Positions 27,115-40,450 of a stretch of DNA of 64,000 nt are shown here, in pieces. A program made the position numbers and the translations under genes. The stretch covers positions 1,240,001-1,304,000 of the forward strand of contig OX597842.1 of assembly GCA_951406725.2 (NCBI GenBank), read 5' to 3'. Source of the DNA: Octopus vulgaris (lineage: Eukaryota). The notes beneath the pieces are model-generated. The model was not told the origin of the DNA. It saw only the letters and a list, made by a program, of their open reading frames with translations, and made no database searches. Within the stretch, counting starts at the first letter, position 1, and every line of letters begins with the position of its first letter.

Positions 27115-28140
27115 TCAGAAAGGGAGAGAGAAACAGGCAGACAGAGTAAGAGAGAAGATGAGAAGGAGAGAGAGTAGTTGGGAGAGTAAGGCTGAGAAGT
27201 TGAAAGAATGAATGATCAAGAGAGACAGATAAATAGATAGATAGATAGATAGATAGGTAGATAGATAGGTAGGTAGATAGATAGGTAGGTAGATAGGTAG
27301 AGAGTGAGTGAGAGAGTGGTGGTGAGAAAGAAATAGAGACAAACTGCTAGACAGAACAATAGAAAATGACTCTCCCAAGACACAACAGAATAGAGAGATA
27401 GATTTATATATAGAGAGAGGTAGGCCATAGGACAGATAAGTAGATCGATAAAATGAGAAACAGCATGGAAGTGCATGCGTGTGTGTCTGTGTATGAGCAT
27501 GTGTGTGTATGAGTGTGTGTAAGAGGAGTGTGTGTGTGTGTGAAATAGAGTGGAAGGCTGAGGAGAGTCTGATTAAGAGAGAGTGGAGATAGGGAGTATT
27601 AAAGGGTGAGAGATGGAGGGAGGTATAATCAGAAGGGGAGAGTGAGAGAGGCAGATAGACAGAGTGAGAGAGAAGATGGGAGGGAGAGAGAGTAGTGGGA
27701 AGAGTAAGACTGAGAAGTTGAAAGAATGAATGATCAAGAGAGAGGGGGTGGGCATGTGCATGTGTGTGTGTAGAGAGAGAAAGACTGAGGGAGAGAGAAA
27801 GAGTGAGGGAGAGAGAAAAGGTGAAGGGGAGAGAAAGAGTGAAGAAGAGAGAAAGAATGAGGGAGAGAGAAAGAGTGAGGGAGAGAGAAAAGGTGAAGGG
27901 GAGAGAAAGAGTGAAGAAGAGAGAAAGAATGAGGGAGAGAGAAAGAGTGAGGGAGAGAGAAAAGGTGAAGGGGAGAGAAAGAGTGAAGAAGAGAGAAAGA
28001 ATGAGGGAGAGAGAAAGAATGAGGGAGAGAGAAAGAGTAAGGGAGAGAGAAAGAATGAAGGAGAAAGAGTGAAGGAGAGAGAAAGAGTGAAGGAGAGAGA
28101 AAGAGTGAAGGAGAGAGACAGAATGAGGGAGAGAGAAAGA
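27115..28140. repeat. GA-rich low-complexity tract with an 18-bp/72-bp higher-order minisatellite (27785-28130)
   Basis: Repeating GAGGGAGAGAGAAAGAGT-type units. 27170-27225 is echoed at 27695-27745. Confidence 0.9.
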
Positions 28141-28289
28141 GACACAAGCAGATAAGTGGTGTATTGATAAATAGATAGTTAAAAGAGAGGCTGAATAGAG
28201 AATCTCTTGTCCAACTGTCCAACCCATGCCAGCATGGAAAGCAGACGTTAAATGATGGGGGAATGGTTTCTCTCCATACACACACATAT

Positions 28290-28491
28290 TTTATTTGTTT
28301 CATTTATTTGATTGCGGCAATGCTGGAGCACTGCCTGTTGTCGAACAAATCGACCTCAGGACTTATTCTTTGTAAGCCTAGTACTTATTCTATCAGTCTC
28401 TTATGCCAAGCTGCTGAGTTACAGGGACATAAACACACCAGCATTGGTTGTCGAGCGATGTTGGTGGGAGGGGGACAAACACAGAAACACA

Positions 28492-28564
<73 letters not shown>

Positions 28565-28975
28565 CAGGTTTCTTTCAGTTTCCACTGTGGAGGCACATGG
28601 CCTAGTTGTTAGTGCAGCGGACTCGCAGTCGAGGGATCATGGGTTCCAATCTCAGACTGGGTGATGTGTGTGTTTATGAGTGAAACACCTAAGCTCCACG
28701 CGGCTCTGGCAGCAGGTAATGGCGAACTTCTGCTGACTATTTCACCCCGACTTTCTCTTACTCTTTCCTCCTGCATCTTGCAGCTCATCTGTGATGGACC
28801 GCCAAGGAAACTGGGAAACCAGCCCTTATGAGCCAGGCATGGCTCGAGAAGGAACAAAAATCCACTCACAAGGCTTTGTTTAGCCCGAGGTTATAGTAGA
28901 AGACACTTGCCCAAGGTGTCACACAATGGGACTGAACCTGGAACAATGTGGTTGATAAGCAAGCTATTTACCACA
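28290..28975 (-). mobile_element. CORE-like SINE interrupted by a second tRNA-derived SINE (28587-28857, + strand)
   Basis: The host body is split at CAGTTTCC|...|AAATCCACTCACAAGG. The insert has TGGCCTAGTTGTTAG and GGTTCCAATC boxes and matches the head of 38131. Confidence 0.8.
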
Positions 28976-29004
28976 TCGTCACCATCATCATTATTTAACA
29001 TTGG

Positions 29005-29220
29005 TAAAGTGGCAAGCTGGGAGAAACGTTAGCATGCCAGGCGAAATGCTAAGCAGTATTTCGTTTGTCTTTACGTTCTGAGTTCAAATTCTGCCGAGGT
29101 CAACTTTGCTTTCATTCTTTCGGGGTCGATAAATTAAGTACCAGTTGCATACTGAGGTCGATCTAATCCACTGGCCCCTCCCCCCCAAAATTTCAGGCCT
29201 TCTGCTTGGAGTAGAAATGA
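29005..29220 (+). mobile_element. MetaSINE-like SINE with an alternative tail (...AAATTTCAGGCCTT..AGTAGAAA)
   Basis: Same head and Meta-like domain as 14744 but a different 3' tail. Similar copies at 25743-25950 and 32000-32212. Confidence 0.85.
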
Positions 29221-29378
29221 TTATTTAGCATTGGTTTTCCATTCTGGGCATGGGTTGGATGGCTTGACAGGAGTTGGTAAGTTTGAGGACTGCCCCAAGA
29301 TCTATTGGTAGTCAGCTTCAGCAGACAGACAGACAGATAGACAGATAGATAGATAGAGAGAGAGAGAGAAAGAGAGGT

Positions 29379-29413
<35 letters not shown>

Positions 29414-29470
29414 ACAATATAGGAGGAAGGGAGAATGTACAAACATTATCTTTCTGTGTGTGTATATGTG

Positions 29471-29546
<76 letters not shown>

Positions 29547-29828
29547 AGAAAAGAGATACGTGCATGCGTACATACATACATACATACATACGTACGTACA
29601 GCTAGATAGATGAATATAGTGCATCTTGGTGTCCGTGAGTATGAGAGTGAAAGAGAGGGGGGATAGAATTAAGGAATAGAGAGGGAAGGTTTACAGATAG
29701 AGGGGGAGCGAAAAGGGCAGAAAGGGTGAGAGAGAGAAAGAGAGACTGACAGTCAAAGAGCAAAGAAATGAGTGCTAGAGAAAGATATAGATTATTATCT
29801 CACAAAAAGAATGGCCAAACGATCTATG

Positions 29829-29871
<43 letters not shown>

Positions 29872-30113
29872 GACAGAGAGAGAGAGAGAAAGGGAGGGAG
29901 AGAGAGAGAGAGAAAAGGGAGGGAGAGAGAGAGAGAGAGAGAGAGTGCCAAGATATTATAAAAACATGGAAGTTTTATGAGAGAACCTTCCAGAAGATCA
30001 GAAATTGGATTAAACTAATGGTATACCTAATTCCGAAAGTTTAAAACGAAAACAGAACGAAAAACACATAAAAATCTACATATATACATACATAAATCTC
30101 TCCTCTCTCTCTG

Positions 30114-30166
<53 letters not shown>

Positions 30167-31141
30167 ACATATACATATATATATATTTGTATGTACGTGT
30201 GTATATATATATATTGGTATATATATATTGGTGAATTCGTTCTAAGCATTCTAAGAAGAGACAAGCATCAAAATTCCATTGCTAAATCAAAATTACTCCC
30301 AGAAGTAAAAAAAAGAAAGAAAGATAATAAACTACAATAAAATAAAACGAAATAAAATATAATAAACGAATAAAGACGTCCAAAAACGTATAAGGAAACT
30401 CATCGTAGAAATAGCAAAAAAATCAAAGCATAGAATGAAAATGTCTGCCGTTTGTCGAAGATTTATGCAACAAGTACATTTTAAAATGTCGTCCGTGGCA
30501 TTATTTTAGCAAGATCTTTCATCCATTAAATTGAACGAAATCTCTAGAACAGGGACCATAAATATTCCTGCATGTTTTATTTGAGCTTTTTCTTTGATTT
30601 TTTTCTTAGATATTTGCTTTTTTCTAGAACTACAGGGGCCTAAAGGTTTTTACTATTTCGAACGATGTTTTCTTGGTGATTTTTCTAGTGTTTTTTGTTG
30701 TAAATTAGGGAGGGAAAAATACGAATTAAGGTCACAGAAAAGATGAAAAATTATTAACCCTTTGTTTAAAGTAATTTCTATGAATTTCTCTTCGCTCATC
30801 TTCTTGTTCTTGTTCTTTAAAACGCTTCGTCTGATTTTAACTTTAACATATTAATCACGGCTTGCCATTTTGTCAGGAGAGGGAAAAACAGAGAGAGACA
30901 GACGTACATGCTATGTGATGGCTACAAAAGCAATATGCAAATATGTTTGGGGACTATATTTTCGAAAATACGATGTATGATGTACGATTTATTTTATAAT
31001 AATAATAATAACGGTCTCAAATTTTGGCACAAGACCAGCAATTTCAGGAGGGAGTAAGACGATTTTTGAATGGAATTTAAATTCAGAACGTAAAGTGGCA
31101 GAAGAAATGCCTCTAAGTATTTTGTCTGTGCCAGCTTGTTG

Positions 31142-31322
<181 letters not shown>

Positions 31323-31589
31323 TTTCGGTTCCCTTCTCTATAGGAAGGGGTTGAGATAATCAAGACCATATGATGATTGCAGAAGCTTCGCTGCTGTGGT
31401 GTCAATTAAACTACCATGCCTTCAAATATGAAGTGCCTGGAAGTGATTCATTTATCACTGTGTGTCTTGGAACTAAAACTCCCACGATAAAGGAGGGCAA
31501 ATGTTAAGGCGGCGAGCTGGCAGAAACGTTAGCACACCGGGTGAAATGCTTAGCGGTATTTTGTCTGTCTTTACGTTCTGAGTATAATT

Positions 31590-31885
31590 TTCGGTTCATG
31601 ATCAAGAAGGGAACCGAAAATTATATGAGAATGATCCCTGGCTTACCATTCCTGCAAGAAGTGCAAAAGATTGTCTTAACTGGTACATCACACGTATTGA
31701 GAAGAGCATTGTCGCTGTATTTCAATTTAACTTTAAAAAAAAAAAATTTTTTAAATTAACGAACTATTGAGTTTAGTTTAATGGCCTACCAATGTATACT
31801 ATGAGTTTCTTTGCCCTAGGAGTCGGGAAGACACTCGGCAAGAAATAGAAGCAAATTTGAAAGACGAAAAAAAAAATAATAATAA
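31590..31885 (+). mobile_element. R4/Dong-clade LINE extreme 3' fragment (second family)
   Basis: MIKKGTENYMRMIPGLPFLQEVQKIVLTGTSHVLRRALS parallels the C-terminus at 13100-13223. The 3'UTR ends in (AAT)n. Confidence 0.8.
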
Positions 31886-32449
31886 TGTAGATGATTTCTT
31901 TTGCATGATATATCATATAATTATTTACACCATTTACAGATTTCTGCATTCCCATCCCATGTTGCATGACCATATATGATATTACATTTGCCCTCCTTTC
32001 TTTTCTAGACTAGGCATAAGGCCTGAAATTTTTGGGGAGGGAGCCAGTCGTTAGATCGACCCCAGTACACAACTGGTACTTAATTTATTGACTCTGAAAG
32101 GATGAAAGGCAAGGTTGACCTTGGCGGAATTTGAACTCAGAACGTAAAGACAGACAAAATACCGCTAAGCATTTCACCCGGTGTGCTAACGTTTCTGCCA
32201 GCTCACCGCCTTAACATTTGCCCTCTTTTATCGTGGGAGCCTTAGTTCCAAGACACACAGTGATAAATGAATCACTTCCAGGCACTTCATATTTGAAGGA
32301 ATGGTAGATTCATTGGCACCACAGCAGCAATGCTTCTGCAAACATCATATGGTCTTGATTATCTCAACCCCTTCCTATAGAGAATACCATCATTTGCATT
32401 GTTTGTTTGAATTGAATACCTTTGTATTGTAGTGTAGGGTACTTGTACT

Positions 32450-32992
32450 TGTGGCGACATTCACCCTGGGCGGGTTCAGTCGGCTTCTTCTACCGTAGAA
32501 GTTTCGTGGGAATATGTGGATTTTACAAGCGGTCCCCAACAATCCTGCATGTGGAGACATCCTGTTTGCCACAGATTGTCCGCAGACGCAGGGACAGAAC
32601 AACCGAGGAGCCGTCGGTTGCCGAAACAGACACTCCAAGGATTTTCACCAGAGCCCTGTCTGCCGGGTTGTGGCCCTTTACCACTCGGTGTCAGACCAAT
32701 CCGCCTTGGGTGGCCCTACCAGGAACCGAAGTTCCCGACAGCATAGCTGTGACACTACCTGTTGCCAGCATCTCCACCACAGTGAGGAGGGGATGGACTT
32801 TGGGGACACAAACAGACACTCCGAGGATTTTCACCAGAGCCCCGTCTGTTGGGTTGTGGCCTTAATACCACTCGCTGTCAGACCAATCCGCCTTGGGTGG
32901 CCCTACCAGGAATCGAAGTTCCCGACGGCATAACTCTGACACTACCCATTTCCAGCATCCCCTACACGGTGAGGAGGAGATGGACTTTGGGT
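32450..32992 (-). mobile_element. RTE-5'UTR-like non-autonomous element with an internal ~183-bp tandem duplication
   Basis: Homologous to 6842-7241. 32624-32805 is repeated at 32811-32992. Confidence 0.7.
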
Positions 32993-33459
32993 ACATTCAA
33001 CAACATAGAATTCCTAGTCCACAGTGATGAAGTTTCCAACACCACAGATTTTTTTTAATCATTTGTACTTCTTCCTTCAGAGAATTTATTCATCTGCTTC
33101 GTTTGAGAGGATTAACTGACTTCATATTGAATGATGGATTCATTAAGACTTAACTCGTGGCCCACAGCAATAAAGATTCCTCTGTCACGTACTTTTTTGA
33201 TCTTCTCTCTATCATTTCCCAAAGGGAACACATTCACCTACATCATCCCTAAGGACCAGATGCTTTCATACTGGAACAAATGGTACATTTATTTGACGCC
33301 AAACTTGAAACCCACTGCAATGAAACTTCCACCATCACATCATCATTTAACGTCTACTTTCCATGCTGGCATGGGTTAGATGATTTGACTGAAAACTAGA
33401 ACCTGGTACAGCTCTCCAGCTTACTAGTTTTCAACTTTACTACTTTTCTTCTCTAGTTA

Positions 33460-33590
33460 TTCTTCACCCTGATGAAGCTCCCTGTTTCAGATCAATTTAT
33501 TACCAAATATGATTAATATTTTTGCATATATTTTGAATACCAATGGCAGTACCATATACACTGGAAGCAGAAACAGCTGTTAGACGAGAT
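33460..33590 (+). ncRNA. Hammerhead ribozyme-like motif with a long stem II insert
   Basis: CTGATGA (33469) AGCTCCCTG...CTGGAAGCA GAAAC (33570), then palindromic ACAGCTGT. Stem I is imperfect. Followed by an inverted repeat at 33613-33656 / 33842-33882. Confidence 0.55.
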
Positions 33591-35292
33591 GCAGTCTATT
33601 TATATTGAATTAATAAATAATAATTGATGTAAGTCAATTATTGTTCATCGATATTTCCCCATTTTCTGTTTTCTTTAAATATTGATTCTTGATAAACTTA
33701 TGTTTATGAACATAATATGCTTGCATATGTATGTCCATGGTAAAATAAAGATAATATACCGGTAGTGTAATGGATACTTCTATCCCTTAGACGGTTATTT
33801 TAACCTCTAACTCAACTAATCTTATTTGATATATGTAAGTCAAATATCGATGAACAATAATTGACTTCCATCCATTATTTATATATATATATATATATAT
33901 AAAAAATTAAAATAATATGTTATTCTACCAAATATATACGTTTTATTTATTATTTTGCACATTACTTAATCATCTTTATATTTTTTATCTTATATTTAAT
34001 TTTTCTATTATATGTAATTTTCTAGATGGTGTAATTTTTCATTTTGAATTGATAAAAGGTGATTTTTTTTCTAATTTATATACATATATATATATACATG
34101 TATATATATATATTTATATATTCATATGATGGGCCTCTTTCAGTTTCCATCAGCCAAATGTGCTCAAACTGCTTTGGTCTGCCTGAAGCTCTAGTAGAAG
34201 AGACTTGCCCAAGGTGCCATACAGTGGGACTGAGCCAAGAACCATGTCTTTGGAAGGTTAAATTCTTACCACACAGCTGTACCTGCTCCTGTGTCGCTTG
34301 CGTGTTTATTTCATGTGCAGGCTATTCTGTTGATTGGATGAACTGGAACACTCGTTATCATAACCAATCAAGTGTAATTTTTTTTCCCATTTAACGTCCG
34401 CTTTCCATGCTGGCATGGGTTGGACGGCTTGGCCGAAAACTGGTAAACTGGGGAACTGCACCAAGTTCCGATCTGATTTGGCAAGGTCTCTGTGACTGGA
34501 TGTCCTTCCTAAAACCAACCAATCTGAGAAATAAGTGGGTGTTCTTTATGTCCCACTGGCACGGGTGCCATTGACCTGACACTGACCACAATTATGGTCT
34601 CACTTGGCTTGACAGGTCTACACAAGCACTGTATATCGCCAAAGGAATTGGTCACCTGTCATTGCCTCCAAGAGGCCAAACGCTTGAACGGTGCTTTTTA
34701 TGTGCCACCAGCATCAGTGCCAGTCAGATGGCACTGGCATTCACCACAATGTAAAAAAAACACTTGTCCAAGGTGCCACACAGTGGGATTGAACCTGGAA
34801 TCACGCACCAACAAAGCAAGATTCTTACCCACACAACCACGGCTGATTTTATAAGATATAACTTAATATATAGTTATGTTTTCGATTCGATTTTTTAAGT
34901 AAATATATAAGATATTAGAGTTTTTTTTTTTGGCTATTTTCTGAGAATTTGCTGCAACTTCATGAATTATGGAATCACCAAAATACAGAATCATGTGACC
35001 CCAATAATTCATTGGAAAGAGAAAAAAAAAATGGTTAGCACCAAAAATATTTCTCATATTTGCAAAATAGATGGAACAAAAAAAAAAGAACAATTTTTAT
35101 CAGATTACTTAGAAATCAAAATGTATTTTTATAAAATATATGTGCATAGACATACATACATACATATAACTATATATATATATATATGTACATATATAAA
35201 ATATAAGTGTATATTTATGAATCTCTCTCTCTCTCTCTTTCTTTCTGTATATATATATATATACATATATACACATATATATATATACATAC

Positions 35293-35351
<59 letters not shown>

Positions 35352-35353
<2 letters not shown>

Positions 35354-35530
35354 CCGGAGTAAACACATAAATGTGAAACAAGGTGGAAAAAAGAGTACTC
35401 AAATACCAGTGGTAGAGTAATATGCTTTATTTAAAGCAGCAGAAAATTCAACAAAACCTGTTACTCTGAGTTTCCCGTTGCCTGAGTAACAGGTTTTGTT
35501 AAATTTTCTGCTGCTTTAAATAAAGTATAT
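35352..35530. mobile_element. Foldback element with 47-bp arms and a hammerhead 3' half at the hairpin apex
   Basis: Arms are 35420-35466 and 35484-35530. The minus strand across the apex reads GAAAC-TCAGA-GTA-ACAGG. Confidence 0.65.
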
Positions 35531-35554
35531 GTATATATATATATATATACACAT

Positions 35555-35606
<52 letters not shown>

Positions 35607-35809
35607 CATCATCATCATTTAATGTCTGTTTTTTGTGCTGGCATGGAGGTTGGACGGATTTATAGGAGCTGGCAAGCTCTACTGTCTGTTTTGGCATATT
35701 TTCTACAGCTGGATGCCCTTCCTAATGTGACCCTTAATATACTGGATGCTTTTTATATGGCACCAGCACTGGTGAGGTCACCAGGTAACTTCACTTGTGC
35801 TGGTACCAC

Positions 35810-35851
<42 letters not shown>

Positions 35852-35862
35852 TATATGTATAT

Positions 35863-36690
35863 ATGTTGGGTCAGACCATAAATAATACAGTTTTCTTATA
35901 TTTCATTTTTCAAAATTAAAATAAACAAAGTTTTTTTTCTTCCATCTATCAGGTAGACTTGCAAGGCTCCTCTTCCAAAATTCATTTTTCTGGGATGAAA
36001 AATACTCTTCCAATACTGTTCTGTCTTTGTCCACAGAATTCATATTTTTGAAGCCTGTGGAATAAATGATTTTGAAGCCTGCAGAATAAATGATAATCTG
36101 ATGGGGTAATGTCCAGTGAATATGGTGGTTGGGGAATCGTTCTCCATTCAGACTGCTCCAACCTTTGGAATGTCATCCTTGCTGTATGCAGGTGAGCATT
36201 ATTCCGATGGAAGAACACCTTTTCTTCTTCAAACCAAAGATGGTCATTTTTCTTCAAGCGCTAACTTTAACCGCTCAAGCTGCTCACAGTAGATCTCCTT
36301 TGTTATTGTTTGGTTTGAGTTTAAATGTTCAAAGTGGACTAAATCTTTCATATCCCACCAAACAGATAACAACACCTTACGTGGGTAAAGACCTTCTTTA
36401 GCTTGGCGTGCCAGTGTTTCTCCTTTCCCTACCCACTGTCTTTGATGCTTGACACTTTAATAGAGAACCCATTTCTCATCACCAGTCACTATTCAGTCCG
36501 AAAAAGGTGCATCCAAGAGATGTGACAGCAAAGAAGAGCACACATTCACCCTCTGCACGCAATTAGACTCGAAAAATTTGTGAGGAACACACTGACCCAG
36601 TTTGCTGACCAATGGCACACGGGTGTCAATGAATGGTTGAATGACCAAATCTAAGTTTCTCTGCTAGTTCCTCAACAGTTATGATGAGAT
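35863..36690 (-). pseudogene. mariner transposase pseudogene with one terminal inverted repeat
   Basis: Minus strand has IVTGDEKWVLY (~36460-36492) and FFHRNNAHLH...IPQPPYSLDITPSDYHLF (the HDNA.PH and YSPDLAPSD motifs). TIR-like TGTTGGGTCAGACCATAAATAAT lies next to a TA run. Confidence 0.9.
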
Positions 36691-36774
36691 TTTGTTCCAC
36701 CTTCACTAAGGCAGAGGTAATAATAATAATAATAATAATAACAACAATGATAATAATAATAATAACAATAATAA

Positions 36775-37225
36775 TAATGGTTTCAAATTTTGCCACAAGA
36801 GCAGCAGTTTTGGGAGAGGGGGTTGGTCAATTAAATCGATCCCAGTGTGCAACTGGTACTTATTTTATCAACCCTAAAATGATGAAAAGCAAAGTCAACC
36901 TCAGTGGAATTTGAACTCAGAACATAAAGATGGACAAAATACCACTAAGAATTTTTCCCAAAATGGTAACGATTCTACAAAATCACTGTCTTTATTTGTG
37001 CTGAAATATAGGTTTCAAATTTTGGCACAAGGCCAGCAATTTCGAGGGAGTGGGTAAGTCCCTTACATTGACCCCAGTGTGCAACTGGTACTTATTTTAT
37101 CGACCCCAAAAGGACGAAAGACAAAATCAACCCAGCAGCATTTGAATTTAGAATGTAAAGATGGAGGAAACGCTGCTAAGCATTTTCCCCAGCATGGTTA
37201 TGATTCTTCCAGCTCGGAACTTACC
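36775..37225 (-). mobile_element. Two consecutive MetaSINE-like SINEs
   Basis: Reverse-complement Meta-like domains at about 36850-36900 and 37080-37130. Confidence 0.8.
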
Positions 37226-37324
37226 TTGAGGAAATATTGCATGTCAGAGCCTCTGAGATGGTTAAATGTTGTCTACAACTTTGTTCTGGCAATTCCTGCG
37301 ATGACACTGCCATGAAATTGTAAT

Positions 37325-38000
37325 AGGCGCATAGTGGCTGTGTGGTAAGTAGCTTGCTTACCAACCACATGGTTCCGGGTTCAGTCCCACTGCATGGCAT
37401 CTTGGGCAAGTGTCTTCTGCTATAGCCCCGGGCCGACCAATGCCTTGTGAGTGGATTTGGTAGACGGAAACTGATAGAAGCCTGTCGTATATCATCATCA
37501 TCATCATCATCGTTTAACGTTCGTTTTCCGCGCTAGCACGGGTTGGATGGTTCGACCGGGGTCTGGGAAGCCGGGGGCTGCAGCAGGCTTCAGTCTGATC
37601 TGGCAGAGTTTCTACAGCTGGAAGCCCTTCCTAACGCCAACCATATATATATGTATGTGTGTGTATATGTTTGTGTGTTTGTGTTTGTCCCACCAACATC
37701 ACTTGACAACCGATGCTGGTGTGTTTATGTCCCCGTCACTTAGCGTTTCGGCAAAAGAGACCGATAGAATAAGTACTGGGCTTACAAAGAATAAGTCCCA
37801 GGGTCAATTTGCTCGACTAAAGGCGGTGCTCCAGCATGGCCGCAGTCAAATGACTGAAACAAGTAAAAGAGTAAAAGAGAAAAGAGACCGATAGAATAAG
37901 TACTGGGCTTACAAAGAATAAGTCCCAGGGTCGATTTGCTCGACTAAAGGCGGTGCTCCAGCATGGCCGCAGTCAAATGACTGAAACAAGTAAAAGAGTA
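37325..38000 (+). mobile_element. CORE-like SINE with an inserted RTE-type tail (37492-37643, -) and a duplicated 3' tail
   Basis: Tail 37753-37880 is repeated at 37880-38000. The same kind of tail duplication is seen at 50650-50915. Confidence 0.85.
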
Positions 38001-38130
38001 TAGCAGTGCTGTCCCTTTCGATCCTTCAGTGACCTAGAGAGGTTGGACATGCTGCTGGATCAACAACCTATCTTCCATGCCATACTGCCCAGGTTTGGAT
38101 CCCATCAAATACCCTATACTGGAGAGATAG

Positions 38131-38498
38131 AGGTGCAATGGCCCAGTGGTTAGGGCAGCGGACTTGCGGTTTTGATTCCCAGACCGGGCGTTGTGAGTGT
38201 TTATTGAGCGAAAACACCTAAAGCTCCACGAGGCTCTGGCAGGGGATGGTGGTGATCCCTGCTGTACTCTTTCACCACAACTTTCTCTCACTCTTAATTC
38301 CTGTTTCTGTTGTACCTGTATTTCAAAGGGGCCAGCCTTGTCACTCTCTGTGTCACGCTGAATATCCCCGAGAACTACGTTAAGGGTACACGTGTCTATG
38401 GAGTGCTCGGCCACTTACACATTAATTTCACGAGCAGGCTGTTCCGTTGATCGGATCAACCGGAACCCTCGTCGTCGTAACCGACGGAGTGCTTCCAT
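38131..38498 (+). mobile_element. Full-length tRNA-derived SINE (third family) with target-site duplication
   Basis: A box TGGCCCAGTGG. TSD TGGAGAGATA at about 38120 and 38499. Confidence 0.85.
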
Positions 38499-38693
38499 TG
38501 GAGAGATATAACTAGACTACGCTACAACTCAGACAGCACTGGGGACAGCCCACAAGGGCAGCTTGTAGGGGCAAAACTGTCATCCCCCCATCTGACTGCT
38601 CAGCCACAGACACTACTGGTCAAGCAAAGCATACATTAGAGATTTCAACCATGGGGTCGTTAATGACAGACAGAGGTATTGAAAATGCCAATA

Positions 38694-39476
38694 AGGTGGT
38701 GAGCTGGCAGAAATGTTAGCACGCCAGGCGAAATGCGTAGCCGTATTTTGTCTGCTGTTACATTCTGAGTTCAAATTCCGCTGAGGTCGACTTTGTCTTT
38801 CATCCTTTCGGGGTCAATAAATTAAGTACCAGTTATGCACTGGTGTTGATATAATCAACTTAATACCTATGTCTGTCCTTGTTTGTCCTCTCTGTGTTTA
38901 GCCCCTTGTGGGTAGTAAAGAAATACGTATTTCGTCTGCCGTTATGTTCTGAGTTCAAATTCCGCCGAGGTCAACTTTGTCTTTCATCCTTTCGGGGTCA
39001 ATTAAATAAGTACCAGTTATGCACTGGGGTCGATATAATCAACTTAATACCTATGTCTGTCCTTGTTTGTCCTCTCTGTGTTTAGCCCCTTGTGGGTAGT
39101 AAAGAAATACGTATTTCGTCTGCCGTTATGTTCTGAGTTCAAATTCCGCCGAGGTCAACTTTGCCTTTCATCCTTTCGGGGTCAATTAAATAAGTACCAG
39201 TTATGCACTGGGGTCGATATAATCAACTTAATACCTATGTCTGTCCTTGTTTGTCATCTCTGTGTTTAGCCCCTTGTGGGTAGTAAAGAAATACGTATTT
39301 CGTCTGCCGTTATGTTCTGAGTTCAAATTCCGCCGAGGTCAACTTTGCCTTTCATCCTTTCGGGGTCAATTAAATAAGTACCAGTTATGCACTGGGGTCG
39401 ATATAATCAACTTAATACCTATGTCTGTCCTTGTTTGTCATCTCTGTGTTTAGCCCCTTGTGGGCAATAAAGAAAT
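38694..39476 (+). repeat. MetaSINE-like SINE expanded into a 184-bp x 4 tandem array inside one TSD
   Basis: Period 184 (ORF starts at 38879, 39063, 39247). Flanked by AGGTATTGAAAATGCCAATA (38674) and AGGTATTGACACTGCCAATA (39477). Confidence 0.92.
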
Positions 39477-39709
39477 AGGTATTGACACTGCCAATATAGT
39501 TTATCTCTAAGAGGCTCTCTGACCTGTGTGAAATAGCAGCTAAATCTTTGCGAAATGCTACTCTGCTGTCTGAATGAAGGAAGGACATGTTTGATAAGGG
39601 TAGTCCTAAAGTGACTAAATCTGAAACTAGGATGAAGTAATGATGGCTGGAGAGGCGTTGATCTCAGGTCTGCTGGATCAGGGCAAACCAGTGGTTAAAC
39701 AATGGTAAA

Positions 39710-40450
39710 CAACTCCACCATCACTACCACTGTTATTAACACCACCACCATCATCGTCAGAAATGCCACTATCATCACCACCACCACCAACACCACGACT
39801 ACAACATCAATGCATTTCCACATCATCACTACTATTTTCAATACCACTACCATCACTGCCACTACTACCACCAACACCATCACCTTCACCTCCAACACCA
39901 TTATCACCCCTACCACTACCACCACCATGACCACAACCATCACCTCCATTGCCACCTATTAACACAACTACCGTTACCACCACTATCACCATCAACACCA
40001 CCACCTCCACTACCACCACCACACCACCATCCACTATCACCATCAATACCACCACCTTCACCACTACCACCACCTCCACTACCACCTTCACCATCAGCAC
40101 TACCACCTCCACCACTACCACCACCTCTACTACCACCATCACCACCGCTACTACCACCATCACCAGCACCACCACCACCACCACCTACCACCATCTCCAC
40201 TACCACCATCACCACTGCCACTACCACCATCACCACCACCTCCACCACTACCACCACCTCCACTATCACCATCACCACTGCTACTATCACCACCACCACC
40301 ACCACCATCGCCACTATCACCATGACCTATCAATACAACCACCGTGACCACCACCATCACCACCACCACTACAACCGCCAGCAACATCACCACCATCACC
40401 ATCAGCACTATCACTGTCAACACCACCACCACCACCTCCAACACCAACAA
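39710..40450. repeat. (CAC/CAT/TAC)n trinucleotide low-complexity tract
   Basis: Seen directly. Similar tracts at 44900-45860 and 52050-52840. Confidence 0.95.

Noticed and set aside
30629-30799. Minus-strand MSEEKFIEITLNKG..., resembling the start of a PDZ domain
   Set aside because: A short ORF with no continuing domain similarity and no convincing splice support.
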